64,000 nt of DNA from Candidatus Sysuimicrobiota bacterium (lineage in GTDB: Bacteria > Sysuimicrobiota > Sysuimicrobiia > Sysuimicrobiales > Sysuimicrobiaceae). This document shows, piece by piece, positions 8,885-18,903 of the stretch. Where the stretch lies: NCBI GenBank assembly GCA_040289515.1, contig PSLI01000005.1:1-64000 (forward strand), read 5' to 3'. Under the pieces are notes generated by a model. It searched no databases and had not been told where the DNA came from. It saw only the letters and a program-made list of their open reading frames with translations. Position 1 is the stretch's first letter. The number at the start of each line of letters is the position of its first letter. The position numbers and the translations under genes were made by a program.

Positions 8885-9658
8885 TCACCGGCCGCGCGCC
8901 TCCCGGCCCCGGGCCCGCAAGCGGCGCAGCACCTCGTACAAAAGGATGGCGGCCGCCACCGAGACGTTCAGGGACTCCACCTTGCCCCGCATGGGGATGC
9001 GGACCGCGGCGTCGCACCGCTCCCGCACCAGCCGCCGCACCCCGTGTTCCTCTCCTCCCACTACCAGGGCGATGGGCGGTGCAAGATCCGCCTCGTCGTA
9101 GTCCACGGTGGCCCGTGGGTCCGCGGCCACGGTGCGGAAGCCCGCCTCGCGGCAGAGTTCCACCGCGCGCGCTAGGTTCGTCACCCTCGCCACCGGCAGG
9201 TGCATCACCGCGCCCGCGGATGCCTTCGCCACCGCGGGAGATAGCCCCGCGGAACGCCGCGTGGGGACGATGGCTCCCGCCGCGCCCGCGGCCTCCGCGG
9301 TCCGGAGGATGGCGCCCAGGTTCCGCGGGTCCTCGACACCGTCTATCAGGATGAGGATGGGGTCCTGAGAGGACCGGGCGCGCTCCAGCAGTTCTGTGAG
9401 GTCCAGCAGGGGCCGGACCGCAAGCCAGGCCATCACGCCCTGGTGGGCACCCGTGACGGAAAGCTCGTTCAGGGACCGAGGCGCCACGAACTGCACGGGG
9501 ATGCCCCGGTGGCGGGCCTCCTGCACGATCTCCAGCAACACCCCCCGCAGCCGGGAGGTCTTCGCCACCAGAATCTTGCGCACCGGCCTTCCCGCCCGTA
9601 GCGCCTCCCGGACCGGGTGTCGACCCTCCACGAGCTCCGGGGGGCCCGCTTCAGACAC
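8885..9658 (-). CDS. rlmB: 23S rRNA (G2251-2'-O)-methyltransferase RlmB
   Basis: DPRNLGAILRTA, IPMRGKVESLNVSVAA SPOUT motifs. Confidence 0.93.
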   Translation of the reverse strand: MSEAGPPELVEGRHPVREALRAGRPVRKILVAKTSRLRGVLLEIVQEARHRGIPVQFVAPRSLNELSVTGAHQGVMAWLAVRPLLDLTELLERARSSQDPILILIDGVEDPRNLGAILRTAEAAGAAGAIVPTRRSAGLSPAVAKASAGAVMHLPVARVTNLARAVELCREAGFRTVAADPRATVDYDEADLAPPIALVVGGEEHGVRRLVRERCDAAVRIPMRGKVESLNVSVAAAILLYEVLRRLRARGREARGR

Positions 9659-9661
9659 GGA

Positions 9662-11188
9662 TCAGGTCCCCTCCCGGATTCGCCAGCGGCTGCCGCCCAG
9701 GTAATCCTCCACGGACACCCCCAGCTCCGCCAGCCGCCGGCGGATGCGGTCTGCGGTGGCGAAATCCCGGCGTTCCCGGGCCCGCTGCCGGACCTCCAGC
9801 ACGCGATCCAGGATCGCCTCCGGCGCGCCCTCCCCCTCCACCTCCTGCAACGCCTCCTCCTCCCGCAGCAGCCGCCGAAGGGCCGCCACCAGGGAAGCCG
9901 GCAGAGGTTCGACAAGCCGCAGCCCCAGCACCCCCGCCAGCTCCCGCAGGGTGTCACGGGCCTCCGCCACCGCCTCCACCGCATCCTCTGGGTCCCCCGC
10001 CTCCGGCTGCCGTTTGGCCAGGGCATCGGTGAGCCGGTTCACCTCCGTGGCCAAGGCGTGCAGGTGCGCGATGGCGGTGGGGGTGTCGAAGTCGTCGTCC
10101 AGGGCCGACCGGAAGCTTTCCCGCAGCCGCGCCACCTCCTCCCGCAGCCGCTGCGCCGCCAGGGAGCTGCGCGCGGAGGGCCGGGTACGCCGCAGGAGGG
10201 TTTCGGCGGCCTCCACGGCGGCCCGCAGGTGTGCCGCTCCCCGTTCGGCGGCCCCCACCGCCTCCTCGCGCCAGGTCATGGGCGTGCGGTAGTGGGAGCT
10301 CAGCAAAAACAGCCGGATGGCGTCCGCCCGGTACCGGGCCAGGGCGTCCTGGATCCACACCACGTTTCCCAGGGAGCGGGTCATGCGCTCCTCCTGACCC
10401 TCCATGCGCAGGTGGGCGTTGTGCAGCCAGTACTTCACGAAGGGTTTGCCGGTATAGCACTCGCTCTGGGCGATCTCGTTCTCGTGGTGGGGGAAGATGA
10501 CGTCCTCCCCACCCCCGTGGATGTCCAGCTGCTCGCCCAGGTGGCTCATGGCCATGGCGGAGCACTCGATGTGCCAGCCGGGTCGGCCCGGGCCCCACGG
10601 GCTGGGCCAGGAGGGCTCCCCGGGCTTGGCGGCCTTCCAGAGGGCGAAGTCCATGGGGTGCTCCTTGCGGGGATCCACCTCTACCCGGGCTCCCGCCTGC
10701 AGCTCCTCCAGGGAGCGGCCCGACAGCTTGCCGTAGTGGGGGTCGGAGGTCACCCGGAAGTACACGTCCCCGTCCACCACGTACGCGTGCCCCTTTTCAA
10801 GGAGGCCCTCCACCAGACGCAGGATGTCCGGGATGGCGCCTGTGGCCCGCGGGTAGCGGTGGGCCCGCAGGACGTTCAGGGCGTCCATCTCCCGCAGGAA
10901 GCGGTCTGCATACTCGCGCGCGATGGAGTCCAGGCTGCGCCCTTCGCGCTGCGCCCGCGCGATGATCTTGTCCTCGATGTCGGTGAAGTTCTGGACGTGC
11001 CGCACCCGGTAGCCCGACCACTCCAGGTGGCGGCGAACCACGTCGAAGACGAGGTAACTGCGTGCGTGGCCCACGTGGGCGGGGCCGTGCAGGTTGACCC
11101 CGCACACGTACATCCTCACCTCCGGGGGGTTCCACGGTTCGAAGCGCTCCTTGCGCCGCGTCAGAGTGTTGGTTACGTACAGGGCCAC
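9662..11188 (-). CDS. cysS: Cysteine--tRNA ligase
   Basis: HVGHAR, DFALWK, GRPGWHIECSAM, FPHHENEIAQ. Confidence 0.95.
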   Translation of the reverse strand: MALYVTNTLTRRKERFEPWNPPEVRMYVCGVNLHGPAHVGHARSYLVFDVVRRHLEWSGYRVRHVQNFTDIEDKIIARAQREGRSLDSIAREYADRFLREMDALNVLRAHRYPRATGAIPDILRLVEGLLEKGHAYVVDGDVYFRVTSDPHYGKLSGRSLEELQAGARVEVDPRKEHPMDFALWKAAKPGEPSWPSPWGPGRPGWHIECSAMAMSHLGEQLDIHGGGEDVIFPHHENEIAQSECYTGKPFVKYWLHNAHLRMEGQEERMTRSLGNVVWIQDALARYRADAIRLFLLSSHYRTPMTWREEAVGAAERGAAHLRAAVEAAETLLRRTRPSARSSLAAQRLREEVARLRESFRSALDDDFDTPTAIAHLHALATEVNRLTDALAKRQPEAGDPEDAVEAVAEARDTLRELAGVLGLRLVEPLPASLVAALRRLLREEEALQEVEGEGAPEAILDRVLEVRQRARERRDFATADRIRRRLAELGVSVEDYLGGSRWRIREGT

Positions 11189-11207
11189 CGGTCGACTCCT
11201 GGTCCTC

Positions 11208-11687
11208 CTAGGACTCGACGGGTTCTAGCACGGCCACCGCCAGGGCCGCGATGCCCTCCCCGCGTCCCAGCGCGCCCAGCCCCTCGGGGGTGGTGGCCTT
11301 AAGCCCCACGGCGTCCGCCTCCACCTCCAGGCGCGCAGCCAGCACCTCCCGCATCCGCGGCAGGAACTCCGCCAGACGCGGTTCCTGAGCCACCACTACG
11401 CCGTCCACCTGCGCGATGCGGAAGCCCCGTTCGCGTACCCGGCGGACCACCTGGTCCAGCAGGCTCAAGCTGTCCGCCCCCTCGAACCGAGGGTCGTTGG
11501 CCGGAAACAGCATCCCGATGTCCGGCAAGCCGCAGGCACCCAGTAGAGCGTCCATCACCGCGTGGGTCAGGGCGTCCGCGTCGCTGTGCCCCCCCAGGCC
11601 ACGGTGGTGGGGTAATGCCACCCCGCCCAGCACCAGGCGGCGCCCGGGCGCAAACGGGTGCACGTCGTACCCAATCCCGACCCTCAC
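11208..11687 (-). CDS. ispF: 2-C-methyl-D-erythritol 2,4-cyclodiphosphate synthase
   Basis: RVGIGYDVH, GHSDADALTHA, KATTPEGLG. Confidence 0.95.
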   Translation of the reverse strand: MRVGIGYDVHPFAPGRRLVLGGVALPHHRGLGGHSDADALTHAVMDALLGACGLPDIGMLFPANDPRFEGADSLSLLDQVVRRVRERGFRIAQVDGVVVAQEPRLAEFLPRMREVLAARLEVEADAVGLKATTPEGLGALGRGEGIAALAVAVLEPVES

Positions 11688-12388
11688 CCTTCCCGCCACT
11701 GCAGCAGGGCCTCCGCGATCGCCAGATCCTCCGGGGTGGTGATCTTCAGGTTCTCCGGGCTGCCCGGGACGACCACCACGGGGTGCCCCATGCGTTCCAC
11801 CAGGGTGGCGTCGTCGGTGCCGTAGAAGCCCTCCTGTCGAGCTCGTTCGTGGGCGGCCACCAGCACCTCGTACCGGAACCCCTGGGGCGTCTGCACCGCC
11901 CGGAGCTCGTCCCGGTTCAAGGTCTCCACCACGTGGTCGTCCTCCACCCGCTTCACGGTGTCCCGCAGGCTCACCGCGGGCACCGCGGCTCCGTGCTCCC
12001 GGGTTGCTTCCACCACCCGCTCGATAAGGTCCGCCGTGACCAGGGGCCGCGCCCCGTCGTGGACCAGCACCACCTCGCACGGCCCCACCGCCTGCAGCCC
12101 CAAAGCTACCGACTGCTGACGTTTCAGCCCGCCCGCCACCACCGCGGACACCTTCCGGAGGCCGTACTGGGCCACGAGCTCCCGCACCCGCTCAATGGAT
12201 GCCTCCGTGGCCACCACCACGATGTCATCCACCCGCGGGCTGTGGTGAAAGGGGAGGATGGACCGCACGATGACAGGCACCTGGTACAGGGACAGCAGCA
12301 CCTTGGGCGTACCCTGCCCCATGCGCGCGCTGCGCCCGGCTGCCGCGATTACCGCGGCCACCCGGGTGCGGCTGGACCTTCCCCTCAC
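11684..12388 (-). CDS. ispD: 2-C-methyl-D-erythritol 4-phosphate cytidylyltransferase
   Basis: AAAGRSARMG...K, VHDGARP, VQTPQGF, NLKITTPED. Confidence 0.95.
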   Translation of the reverse strand: MRGRSSRTRVAAVIAAAGRSARMGQGTPKVLLSLYQVPVIVRSILPFHHSPRVDDIVVVATEASIERVRELVAQYGLRKVSAVVAGGLKRQQSVALGLQAVGPCEVVLVHDGARPLVTADLIERVVEATREHGAAVPAVSLRDTVKRVEDDHVVETLNRDELRAVQTPQGFRYEVLVAAHERARQEGFYGTDDATLVERMGHPVVVVPGSPENLKITTPEDLAIAEALLQWREG

Positions 12389-13467
12389 CGCGGGGACACC
12401 GCCCCATCCGAGCCACGCCCCCACGCGGCCTCCTGCTTGGGCCTGGCGAACACCATGCGGCCCGCGGAGGTCTGCAGGACGCTGGTCACCACCGCTTCCA
12501 CGGTGGTGCCCACCAGGGGCTTGCCTCCCTCCACCACCACCATGGTGCCGTCCTCCAGGTAACCAACCCCCTGGCCTGGCTCCTTGCCCTCCCGCAGCAA
12601 GTGCACGCTCACCTCCTCGCCCGGCAGCACCACGGGACGCAAAGCCGCGGCCAGGTCGTTCAGGTTGAGCACCCGCACCCCCTGCAGCTGGGCCACCCGG
12701 TTGAGGTTGAAGTCTGTGGTCACCACGCTGGCCCTTACAGCCCGCGCCAACCGCACCACCCGTTCGTCCACCTCGCCTTGCCCGTCGTCCTCCACGATGT
12801 GCACCGCCTGGGAATCCTTCTGCAACCGGTGCAGGACGTCCAGCCCCCGGCGGCCCCGGGCGCGGCGCAGGGGGTCGGAGGAGTCCGCGATGACCTGCAG
12901 CTCCCGCAGCACGCACCGCGGCACCAGGAACGGACCTTCCAGGAACCCTGCTTGCACCACGTCCGCCACCCGGCCGTCGATGATGGCGCTGGTGTCCAGA
13001 ACCTTGGCGGGGCCCCGGGGCCGCCTGCGCTCCAGCAGGCCCGCCATCTCCTCCCGCCGCTGCAAGGCAAACTGTAGTCCCAGGTAGCCGAACACCACCA
13101 GGGCTGCCAGTCGCAGGTAGCCGCCGATCACGGGGATCCCCGAAAGCAGGTAGCCTACCGCGGTGGCCACCACCAGGCCTGCCACCAACCCCGCCGCACC
13201 GATCTCCACGTCCCGCCAGGGCAGGCGTCCCATCCGGGCCAGGACCCGGGCCATCATCCGCACGAACAGCTGCCACGCGGCCGGCGCCAGCATGGCCCCC
13301 AGGCCAGCACCCACCAGCGCACCTGCCAGTTCTGCACCCACCCGGGTCCATCCCCCCAGGGACACCAGGGGAGCCAGTGCCACCACCACCTGGACACCTA
13401 GGGCTGCGCCCAGCACCGCCCCGGCCCAGGCCGCCACCCGCCGCGCGGTCCGACCCTCTGAGACCAT
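12385..13467 (-). CDS. PIN/TRAM domain membrane protein (YacL-like)
   Basis: TM helices, KVLDTSAIIDGR, GRRGLDVL, QGVGYLEDGTMVVVE. Confidence 0.92.
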   Translation of the reverse strand: MVSEGRTARRVAAWAGAVLGAALGVQVVVALAPLVSLGGWTRVGAELAGALVGAGLGAMLAPAAWQLFVRMMARVLARMGRLPWRDVEIGAAGLVAGLVVATAVGYLLSGIPVIGGYLRLAALVVFGYLGLQFALQRREEMAGLLERRRPRGPAKVLDTSAIIDGRVADVVQAGFLEGPFLVPRCVLRELQVIADSSDPLRRARGRRGLDVLHRLQKDSQAVHIVEDDGQGEVDERVVRLARAVRASVVTTDFNLNRVAQLQGVRVLNLNDLAAALRPVVLPGEEVSVHLLREGKEPGQGVGYLEDGTMVVVEGGKPLVGTTVEAVVTSVLQTSAGRMVFARPKQEAAWGRGSDGAVSPR

Positions 13468-13512
13468 TTCGAGCCCAGTATAAGCTGGACCGCGCACCGT
13501 GTCCGCGCGGGA

Positions 13513-14850
13513 TCACCGCCAGGGTGCGAGCTCCAGCGCCTCTCCCACGGTGCCCACCGGCACCAGCTCGAGTCCGAATCCCTCCGTCTCCTTCCCGCCC
13601 CGCGGGATCAGCGCCCGCTGGAATCCCAGCTTGCTGGCTTCGCCCAAACGCCGAGCCAGCTGGGGGACCGGACGTACCTCCCCCGCTAGACCGAGCTCCC
13701 CGCAGAACACCGTGCGATCGTCCAGGGCCACGCTGCGGTACGAGGAAACCAGGGCCAGGCAGATCCCCAGGTCCGCCGCCGGCTCTTCCACCCGCACCCC
13801 GCCCGCGGCGTTGGCGTACACGTCGGCCTGCGAAAAGGAAAACCCCGCGTGCTTCTCCAGCACCGCCAGCAGAAGCAGCAGCCGGTTGGAGTCCACCCCT
13901 GAAGCGGCGCGCCGTGGCGTTCCGAAGGGGGTAGGGCTTACGAGAGCCTGGACCTCCACCAGCAACGGCCGGCTCCCTTCCACCGTGCACACCACCGCGG
14001 CCCCCGCCGCACCCCGTGGACGCTCGCTCAGGAACACCAGGGAGGGGTTCGGGACCTCGACCAGGCCGGAGGGGCCCATCTCGAACACCCCGATCTCGTT
14101 GGTGGACCCGAAGCGGTTCTTGGTGGCTCGCAGGATGCGGTACGCCTGGTGGCGCTCGCCCTCAAAGTACAGGACCGTGTCCACCAAGTGCTCCAGTACC
14201 CTGGGCCCCGCCAGCATTCCCTCTTTGGTCACGTGGCCCACCAGAAGCACCGCCGGACCTTCCGACTTGGCCAGCTGCAGCAGCGTTGCCGCGCACTCCC
14301 GCACCTGGCCCACACTGCCCGGGGCGCTGGGTACGTCTGGCCGGTACACCGTCTGGATGCTGTCCACCACCACCAGGGCGGGCCGCAGCTGGCGCACGGA
14401 CGCCAGCACCGCGTCCAGGTCCGTCTCCGCCACCACCCACACGCCTCGCGACAGGGCGCCAAGCCGCTCGGCCCGCATGCGGGTCTGCTGCGCGGACTCC
14501 TCGCCCGCCACGTACAGCACCGGTCGCCCCGACTTGGCCAGGCGGAAGGCCGCCTGCAGGGCCAGGGTGCTCTTCCCGATCCCCGGGTCTCCGCCCACCA
14601 GCACCAGGGAGCCCGGCACGAACCCCCCGCCCAGCACCCGGTCCAGCTCTCCGATGCCCGTGGGCCACCGCTCCTCCGGTAGCGGGGACACTTCCACCAG
14701 GGGTGTGGGCCTGGCCGGCTTCGGATCCCGGACGCGGTGCGGGAGTTCGGCTTCCTCCACGAAACTGTTCCACTCCCCGCAGTTGGGGCACCGCCCCAGC
14801 CACCGCGCTGAGCGGTAGCCGCAAGCCTGGCAGGTGAACTGCACCTTCAC
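13513..14850 (-). CDS. radA: DNA repair protein RadA/Sms
   Basis: N-terminal C4 zinc finger, GDPGIGKST, KNRFG. Confidence 0.97.
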   Translation of the reverse strand: MKVQFTCQACGYRSARWLGRCPNCGEWNSFVEEAELPHRVRDPKPARPTPLVEVSPLPEERWPTGIGELDRVLGGGFVPGSLVLVGGDPGIGKSTLALQAAFRLAKSGRPVLYVAGEESAQQTRMRAERLGALSRGVWVVAETDLDAVLASVRQLRPALVVVDSIQTVYRPDVPSAPGSVGQVRECAATLLQLAKSEGPAVLLVGHVTKEGMLAGPRVLEHLVDTVLYFEGERHQAYRILRATKNRFGSTNEIGVFEMGPSGLVEVPNPSLVFLSERPRGAAGAAVVCTVEGSRPLLVEVQALVSPTPFGTPRRAASGVDSNRLLLLLAVLEKHAGFSFSQADVYANAAGGVRVEEPAADLGICLALVSSYRSVALDDRTVFCGELGLAGEVRPVPQLARRLGEASKLGFQRALIPRGGKETEGFGLELVPVGTVGEALELAPWR

Positions 14851-14854
14851 CGGC

Positions 14855-15172
14855 TCATTCCCCTGATCTCCAAAGCCCCGGGAGGTGCGCGATGCGCGCC
14901 CACCCCGCGCCCCGCGCCACCGGTTCGGTGCGCAGCTGGTCGAAGTAGCGGTCCACCACGGCCTCCCGCTCCATGGCTAGGGGCGGGGAGCAGGAGTCTT
15001 CCTCTACCCATACCGCCTCCCCGGTGGCCGGGTCCAGGCGGGCCCCTAGCAGCGCCGTTGTCAGCGCCCGCCCGAAAGGTTGCAGGCCGAGGAACTCTCC
15101 ACCTGCAAGCCGCCTGTGCAGTTCGCCCAAAAGATCCCGGCGGGGCTTTGCTCGCACCAGGTAGTACGCCAC
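14855..15172 (-). CDS. Hypothetical protein (105 aa)
   Basis: RBS GGAGGAGG before GTG; protein-like sequence with WVEEDSCSPPLAMERE. Confidence 0.7.
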   Translation of the reverse strand: MAYYLVRAKPRRDLLGELHRRLAGGEFLGLQPFGRALTTALLGARLDPATGEAVWVEEDSCSPPLAMEREAVVDRYFDQLRTEPVARGAGWARIAHLPGLWRSGE

Positions 15173-15296
15173 GCCCGCACCTCCTCCCGCCTGTGATCCG
15201 GACGGCGCAGCCGCTCCGGGGCAGCTGCCCTGCAGGAGACCTCCACGAATCCGCGAAGGACCCTGTGTAGAGCATACCCAGCTTGTCGCTTTCGGT

Positions 15297-16217
15297 GTGC
15301 TGCCGGAGGGAGTCGTGGGGGAGCTGGTGGAGCTTGCGGCCGGATGCGGGTACCTGCCCGGAGCGGTCAACATGGGCGTGGTGTGGGAAGGTGGCCGAGC
15401 GGTGGGGGTGGACACAGGCGGCGACCGGGACGCGGGGCGCCGCCTCTTGCGCGCCGTGCGGGCCCGGTCGTGGGAGTTGATGGCGGTGGTGAACACCCAT
15501 TCCCACGCGGACCACTACGGTGGCAACCACTACCTGGTCCGGCAGCTGCCCGCGCTGCGGGTGTGGGCACCGGAGGTCGAGGAGGCGGTGCTGCGCAACC
15601 CCTACCTGGAACCCTTCTTCCTGTTCGGGGCCCGCCCTCCCGAGGCCCTGCAGAACAAGTGGCTGATGGCCGAACCTTCACCGGTGCACCACGTGTACAC
15701 GCCCGAGCAAGGCGAGCTGCAGGTGAGCGGGCTGCTGCTGCGCGTGCACCCCGCCCACGGTCACGCGGTGCGGCAAGCCGCGCTGGGGTTCGGCCCCGTG
15801 TGCTACGCGGCGGACGCCTTTTTCGGACCTGAGGTTCTGGACAAGTACGAGATCCCCTTCTGCCACGATGTGGCAGGCCAGCTGGCGACCCTGGATCGCC
15901 TGGCGGGCTGGCCCTACGAGTGGTTCGTCCCCGGCCACGGGAGCCCCATCCACCGCGAGCAGCTAGAGGTGGTTCTGGAGCGGAACCGTCGCGCGGTGCG
16001 GGAGGCGACCGAACGCGTTCGCGCCGCTGTGGCAACGGGTGCCACCGCGGACGAAGTGGTGCACCGGGTGGCCGGTGGCCTGCGCAACCCGCCCGCCAAC
16101 CCTTCCACATACTTCCTGCTCCGCAGCACGGTCCTGGCACACCTCGCGTATCTGCTGGAGCGCGGAGAGGTGGACTGGACGGTCTCAGGCGGCGTACTGC
16201 GGTGGGAGATCCGCTGA
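15297..16217 (+). CDS. MBL-fold metallo-hydrolase
   Basis: THSHADHYGG, HGH, VPGHG. Confidence 0.9.
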   Translation: MLPEGVVGELVELAAGCGYLPGAVNMGVVWEGGRAVGVDTGGDRDAGRRLLRAVRARSWELMAVVNTHSHADHYGGNHYLVRQLPALRVWAPEVEEAVLRNPYLEPFFLFGARPPEALQNKWLMAEPSPVHHVYTPEQGELQVSGLLLRVHPAHGHAVRQAALGFGPVCYAADAFFGPEVLDKYEIPFCHDVAGQLATLDRLAGWPYEWFVPGHGSPIHREQLEVVLERNRRAVREATERVRAAVATGATADEVVHRVAGGLRNPPANPSTYFLLRSTVLAHLAYLLERGEVDWTVSGGVLRWEIR

Positions 16218-16398
16218 GGCATGGACGCCGCTGGGTAAACGGCCGTCCCGTGGCAAGTCGAACCGGTTCCGGGGCAGGTCCGCGGAAGACAAGCTTGAGG
16301 TACCGAGTCAGTTCCCGGCCGGGCCCCTTGACCCATCCGACCCACTTGGGGCAAGGTAGACGAGACCGCGGGTTCGGACGAACCTACCGGAGGGGGCC

Positions 16399-16854
16399 AT
16401 GGGGACTGTTCCCGCTGCAGCGGCCAAAGCGGATCTGGGCAAGCGGCTCGTGGCCGGGCTGATCGACGGGTTGCTGGCTGCGGGGGTGAGTTTCCTCCCC
16501 GTGGTGGGAGGCATCGCGGCTGTACTGTACATGCTGCTGCGGGACGGCCTGGAGGTGGAGTTCATGGACCGCCGCTCCATCGGCAAGAAGCTGCTCAAGC
16601 TGCGGCCGGTCCGTCTGGACGGCCAACCCATGGACCTCACCGCCTCCGCCAGGCGCAACCTCTCCCTGTGCGTGGGGTATGTGGGGACCATCCTCACGGT
16701 GATCCCCCTGTTGGGATGGGGCCTGGCAATGTTGCTGGGCCTAGCCGGGCTAGCCCTGGTTGTGGTGGAGCTGGTGCTGGTGCTGGCGGACCCGGAGGGA
16801 CGCCGGATGGGGGACAGGTGGGCCGGCACCAGAGTGGTAGAGGCTTCGGACTGA
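16399..16854 (+). CDS. RDD family membrane protein
   Basis: KRLVAGLID, SIGKKLLKL, RRMGDRWAGTRVV. Confidence 0.9.
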   Translation: MGTVPAAAAKADLGKRLVAGLIDGLLAAGVSFLPVVGGIAAVLYMLLRDGLEVEFMDRRSIGKKLLKLRPVRLDGQPMDLTASARRNLSLCVGYVGTILTVIPLLGWGLAMLLGLAGLALVVVELVLVLADPEGRRMGDRWAGTRVVEASD

Positions 16855-17021
16855 GGCCCTCTGCGCAAGCTCCTCGGACCGCAGAAATGCGATCCCGCCC
16901 GGAATCGACATACTCTTTCTGCCCGCTACAGGCCCCGGGTGTCCAGGGAGGTCTCACCCGAGTCTTAGGAGGTGGCCCTGCGGCGCTGGCGGCGCCTGCG
17001 CGGCCGGCGGTCTATAAGGGT

Positions 17022-17365
17022 TTAGCTGCGGATGCGGTCCCTGTGGTCCCGCACCAGGGAGTCCGCCACCTCCAAGATCCCCCGCACCCGCGGGTCCCCA
17101 CACCGGAGTACGCGTAACGCCCCTGCCGGCGCACCTGTACATACCCGCGCCACCGCAGGCAAGCCAGGTGGCTGCTGACCCGACCCTGCGGGGCCCCCAA
17201 TTGGGCCACCAGCTCCGACACGGTCCGCTCGCCTTCGAGCAGCAGCCGCAGGATCCGCAGCCGCGTGGGGTCTTCCAGGGCCCGGAAGAACTTCGCCGTC
17301 AGCACCTCATCCGAGAGGTTCGGCAGCACAAATGGTGGGGTTATGAGCTCCCGTACATCCTTCAC
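17022..17365 (-). pseudogene. ArsR family regulator, frameshifted near 17096-17099
   Basis: KFFRALEDPTRLRIL...VSSHLACLRW; expected C-terminus DPRVRGILEVADSLVRDH lies in another frame. Confidence 0.7.
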
Positions 17366-17475
17366 CCTCCGGTGCATCCGGAACCGCGCATCCGTTCTTC
17401 CTGACCGTCCCACCGCGTCCAGGGGGCGATCAACGATCCCGCCGCGGGGTTCCCGGGTGGAGCGGACCGGTGCGT

Positions 17476-17504
17476 TTGACACACGGAGGGATCCGTGGTA
17501 GGGT
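17476..17504 (+). promoter_or_regulatory. Promoter for cold-shock gene
   Basis: TTGACA-17 nt-TAGGGT. Confidence 0.6.
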
Positions 17505-17559
17505 CAGCGGGAGCCCGTAAGGAGCTCAAATCCACGGCAAGGCCGGAAGGAGCAAGGGA

Positions 17560-17760
17560 ATGGCAGAAGGCACGGTCAAGTGGTTCAACGCGGAGAAGGG
17601 CTACGGCTTCATCTCCGTAGACGGCGGAAAGGACGTCTTCGTCCACTACACCGCCATCAACATGGACGGCTACCGTACCCTCCAGGAGGGACAGCGGGTG
17701 CAGTTCGACGTCGTGGAGGGTCGCAAGGGGCCTCAGGCGGCCAACGTCACACCGCTGTGA
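17560..17760 (+). CDS. Cold-shock protein (Csp family)
   Basis: [28 protein letters not shown]. Confidence 0.97.
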   Translation: MAEGTVKWFNAEKGYGFISVDGGKDVFVHYTAINMDGYRTLQEGQRVQFDVVEGRKGPQAANVTPL

Positions 17761-17783
17761 ACACAGGCCCTCGAGCGGACTCT

Positions 17784-17817
17784 GGAGGGCCCCGCGCTGC
17801 GGGGCCCTCCGCGTTTC
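17784..17817 (+). terminator. Hairpin terminator after csp
   Basis: 12-bp perfect stem GGAGGGCCCCGC/GCGGGGCCCTCC, then GCGTTT. Confidence 0.7.
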
Positions 17818-18246
17818 CTGCCCTGCGAGCCCGAAGGGCCCGGCCAGACCTACCGCCACCAGGGGGGATACCACCAAACGAGCACCGCCGCCGTCAGCAA
17901 CCCCGGGGAGGCCGCCACCGGCCCACTCGGGCAGTCCGTAGTTGCCCGCGTTGTACAGGAACACGGGAAGGCGGCCCGCCGCGCATCTCGCAGGCCCAGC
18001 ACCGCGCTGGCCACCAGGCCCAAAAGGAGCCTCACAGCCATCTGGGCCAGGCATGCGGCCAGCAAACGTGGCGCGTCTGCCGCCCAGGGGTACGCAAAAG
18101 GGACTGAAACACCAGCGCGGGGCCAACGGATACATGGACACGGGGGCGAGACCTCCACGGGGCGATACCGTCCCAGCAGGTAGCTGGTTCGCACCAAGCA
18201 CCAAAAGGAAGACGGAACCAACGATGTCGGGCAGCGCGGCGCCCAA
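17815..18246 (-). pseudogene. Degraded AEC (auxin efflux carrier) family transporter remnant
   Basis: Hydrophobic pieces in two frames, including FLYNAGNYGLP and RLVVSPLVAVGL; far shorter than a full AEC protein. Confidence 0.55.
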
Positions 18247-18253
18247 GGCCTCC

Positions 18254-18727
18254 TTACCGCCGTGGGGTACGGGCCGCCGCCGCCTTCCGCTTGGGGCGCG
18301 GCCGCGGGGTGGGCGAGGGTGCCTTAGGCAGCCGCTCCTCTTCCCAGGTCACGATGCTGTGGAAGTACACGCGGTCTCCCTCGTCCAAACCCCGAGTGAC
18401 TTCCGTGATGTGCACGTTCTTGGCCCCGAACTCCGCCAGGGCGTACTCCACCGCCGCCTCGGGCTTCGCGTCCTCTCCGCAGGTGTAGATGTCCAGGGCC
18501 ACGTAGCCCGTCTCGGGCCAGGTGTGTACGGACAGGTGGGACTCGGAGATGACCACGACCCCGCTCACGCCCACCGGCGAGAAGCGGTGGAAGGAGATGG
18601 CCCAGATCTGAACGCCGGCCACCTCCGCGGCCCGGGTCATGATCTGCTCCACCCGCTCCACCTTGCTGATGACCTCCGGGTCGCACCCGGAGGCCTCCAC
18701 GATGTAGTGGTGTCCCACCGTGTCCAT
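18254..18727 (-). CDS. speD: S-adenosylmethionine decarboxylase proenzyme
   Basis: GVSGVVVISESHLSVHTWPE, DIYTCG. Confidence 0.9.
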   Translation of the reverse strand: MDTVGHHYIVEASGCDPEVISKVERVEQIMTRAAEVAGVQIWAISFHRFSPVGVSGVVVISESHLSVHTWPETGYVALDIYTCGEDAKPEAAVEYALAEFGAKNVHITEVTRGLDEGDRVYFHSIVTWEEERLPKAPSPTPRPRPKRKAAAARTPRR

Positions 18728-18903
18728 GGGTACCCTCCTCGTACGCTCTCCGCCGCGGTCTCAACCCCCAAACACACACGTCCCCGGGCGCCGCGTCCGC
18801 CGCGCCCAGGGACGGTTCGTGGGATCCGCACCCATCCTAGGGACAACGCCGCCCGGGGTCAAGGGTGGCGACGAGCGCTGCAGGCCCGGAATCGTCTCCT
18901 TGC

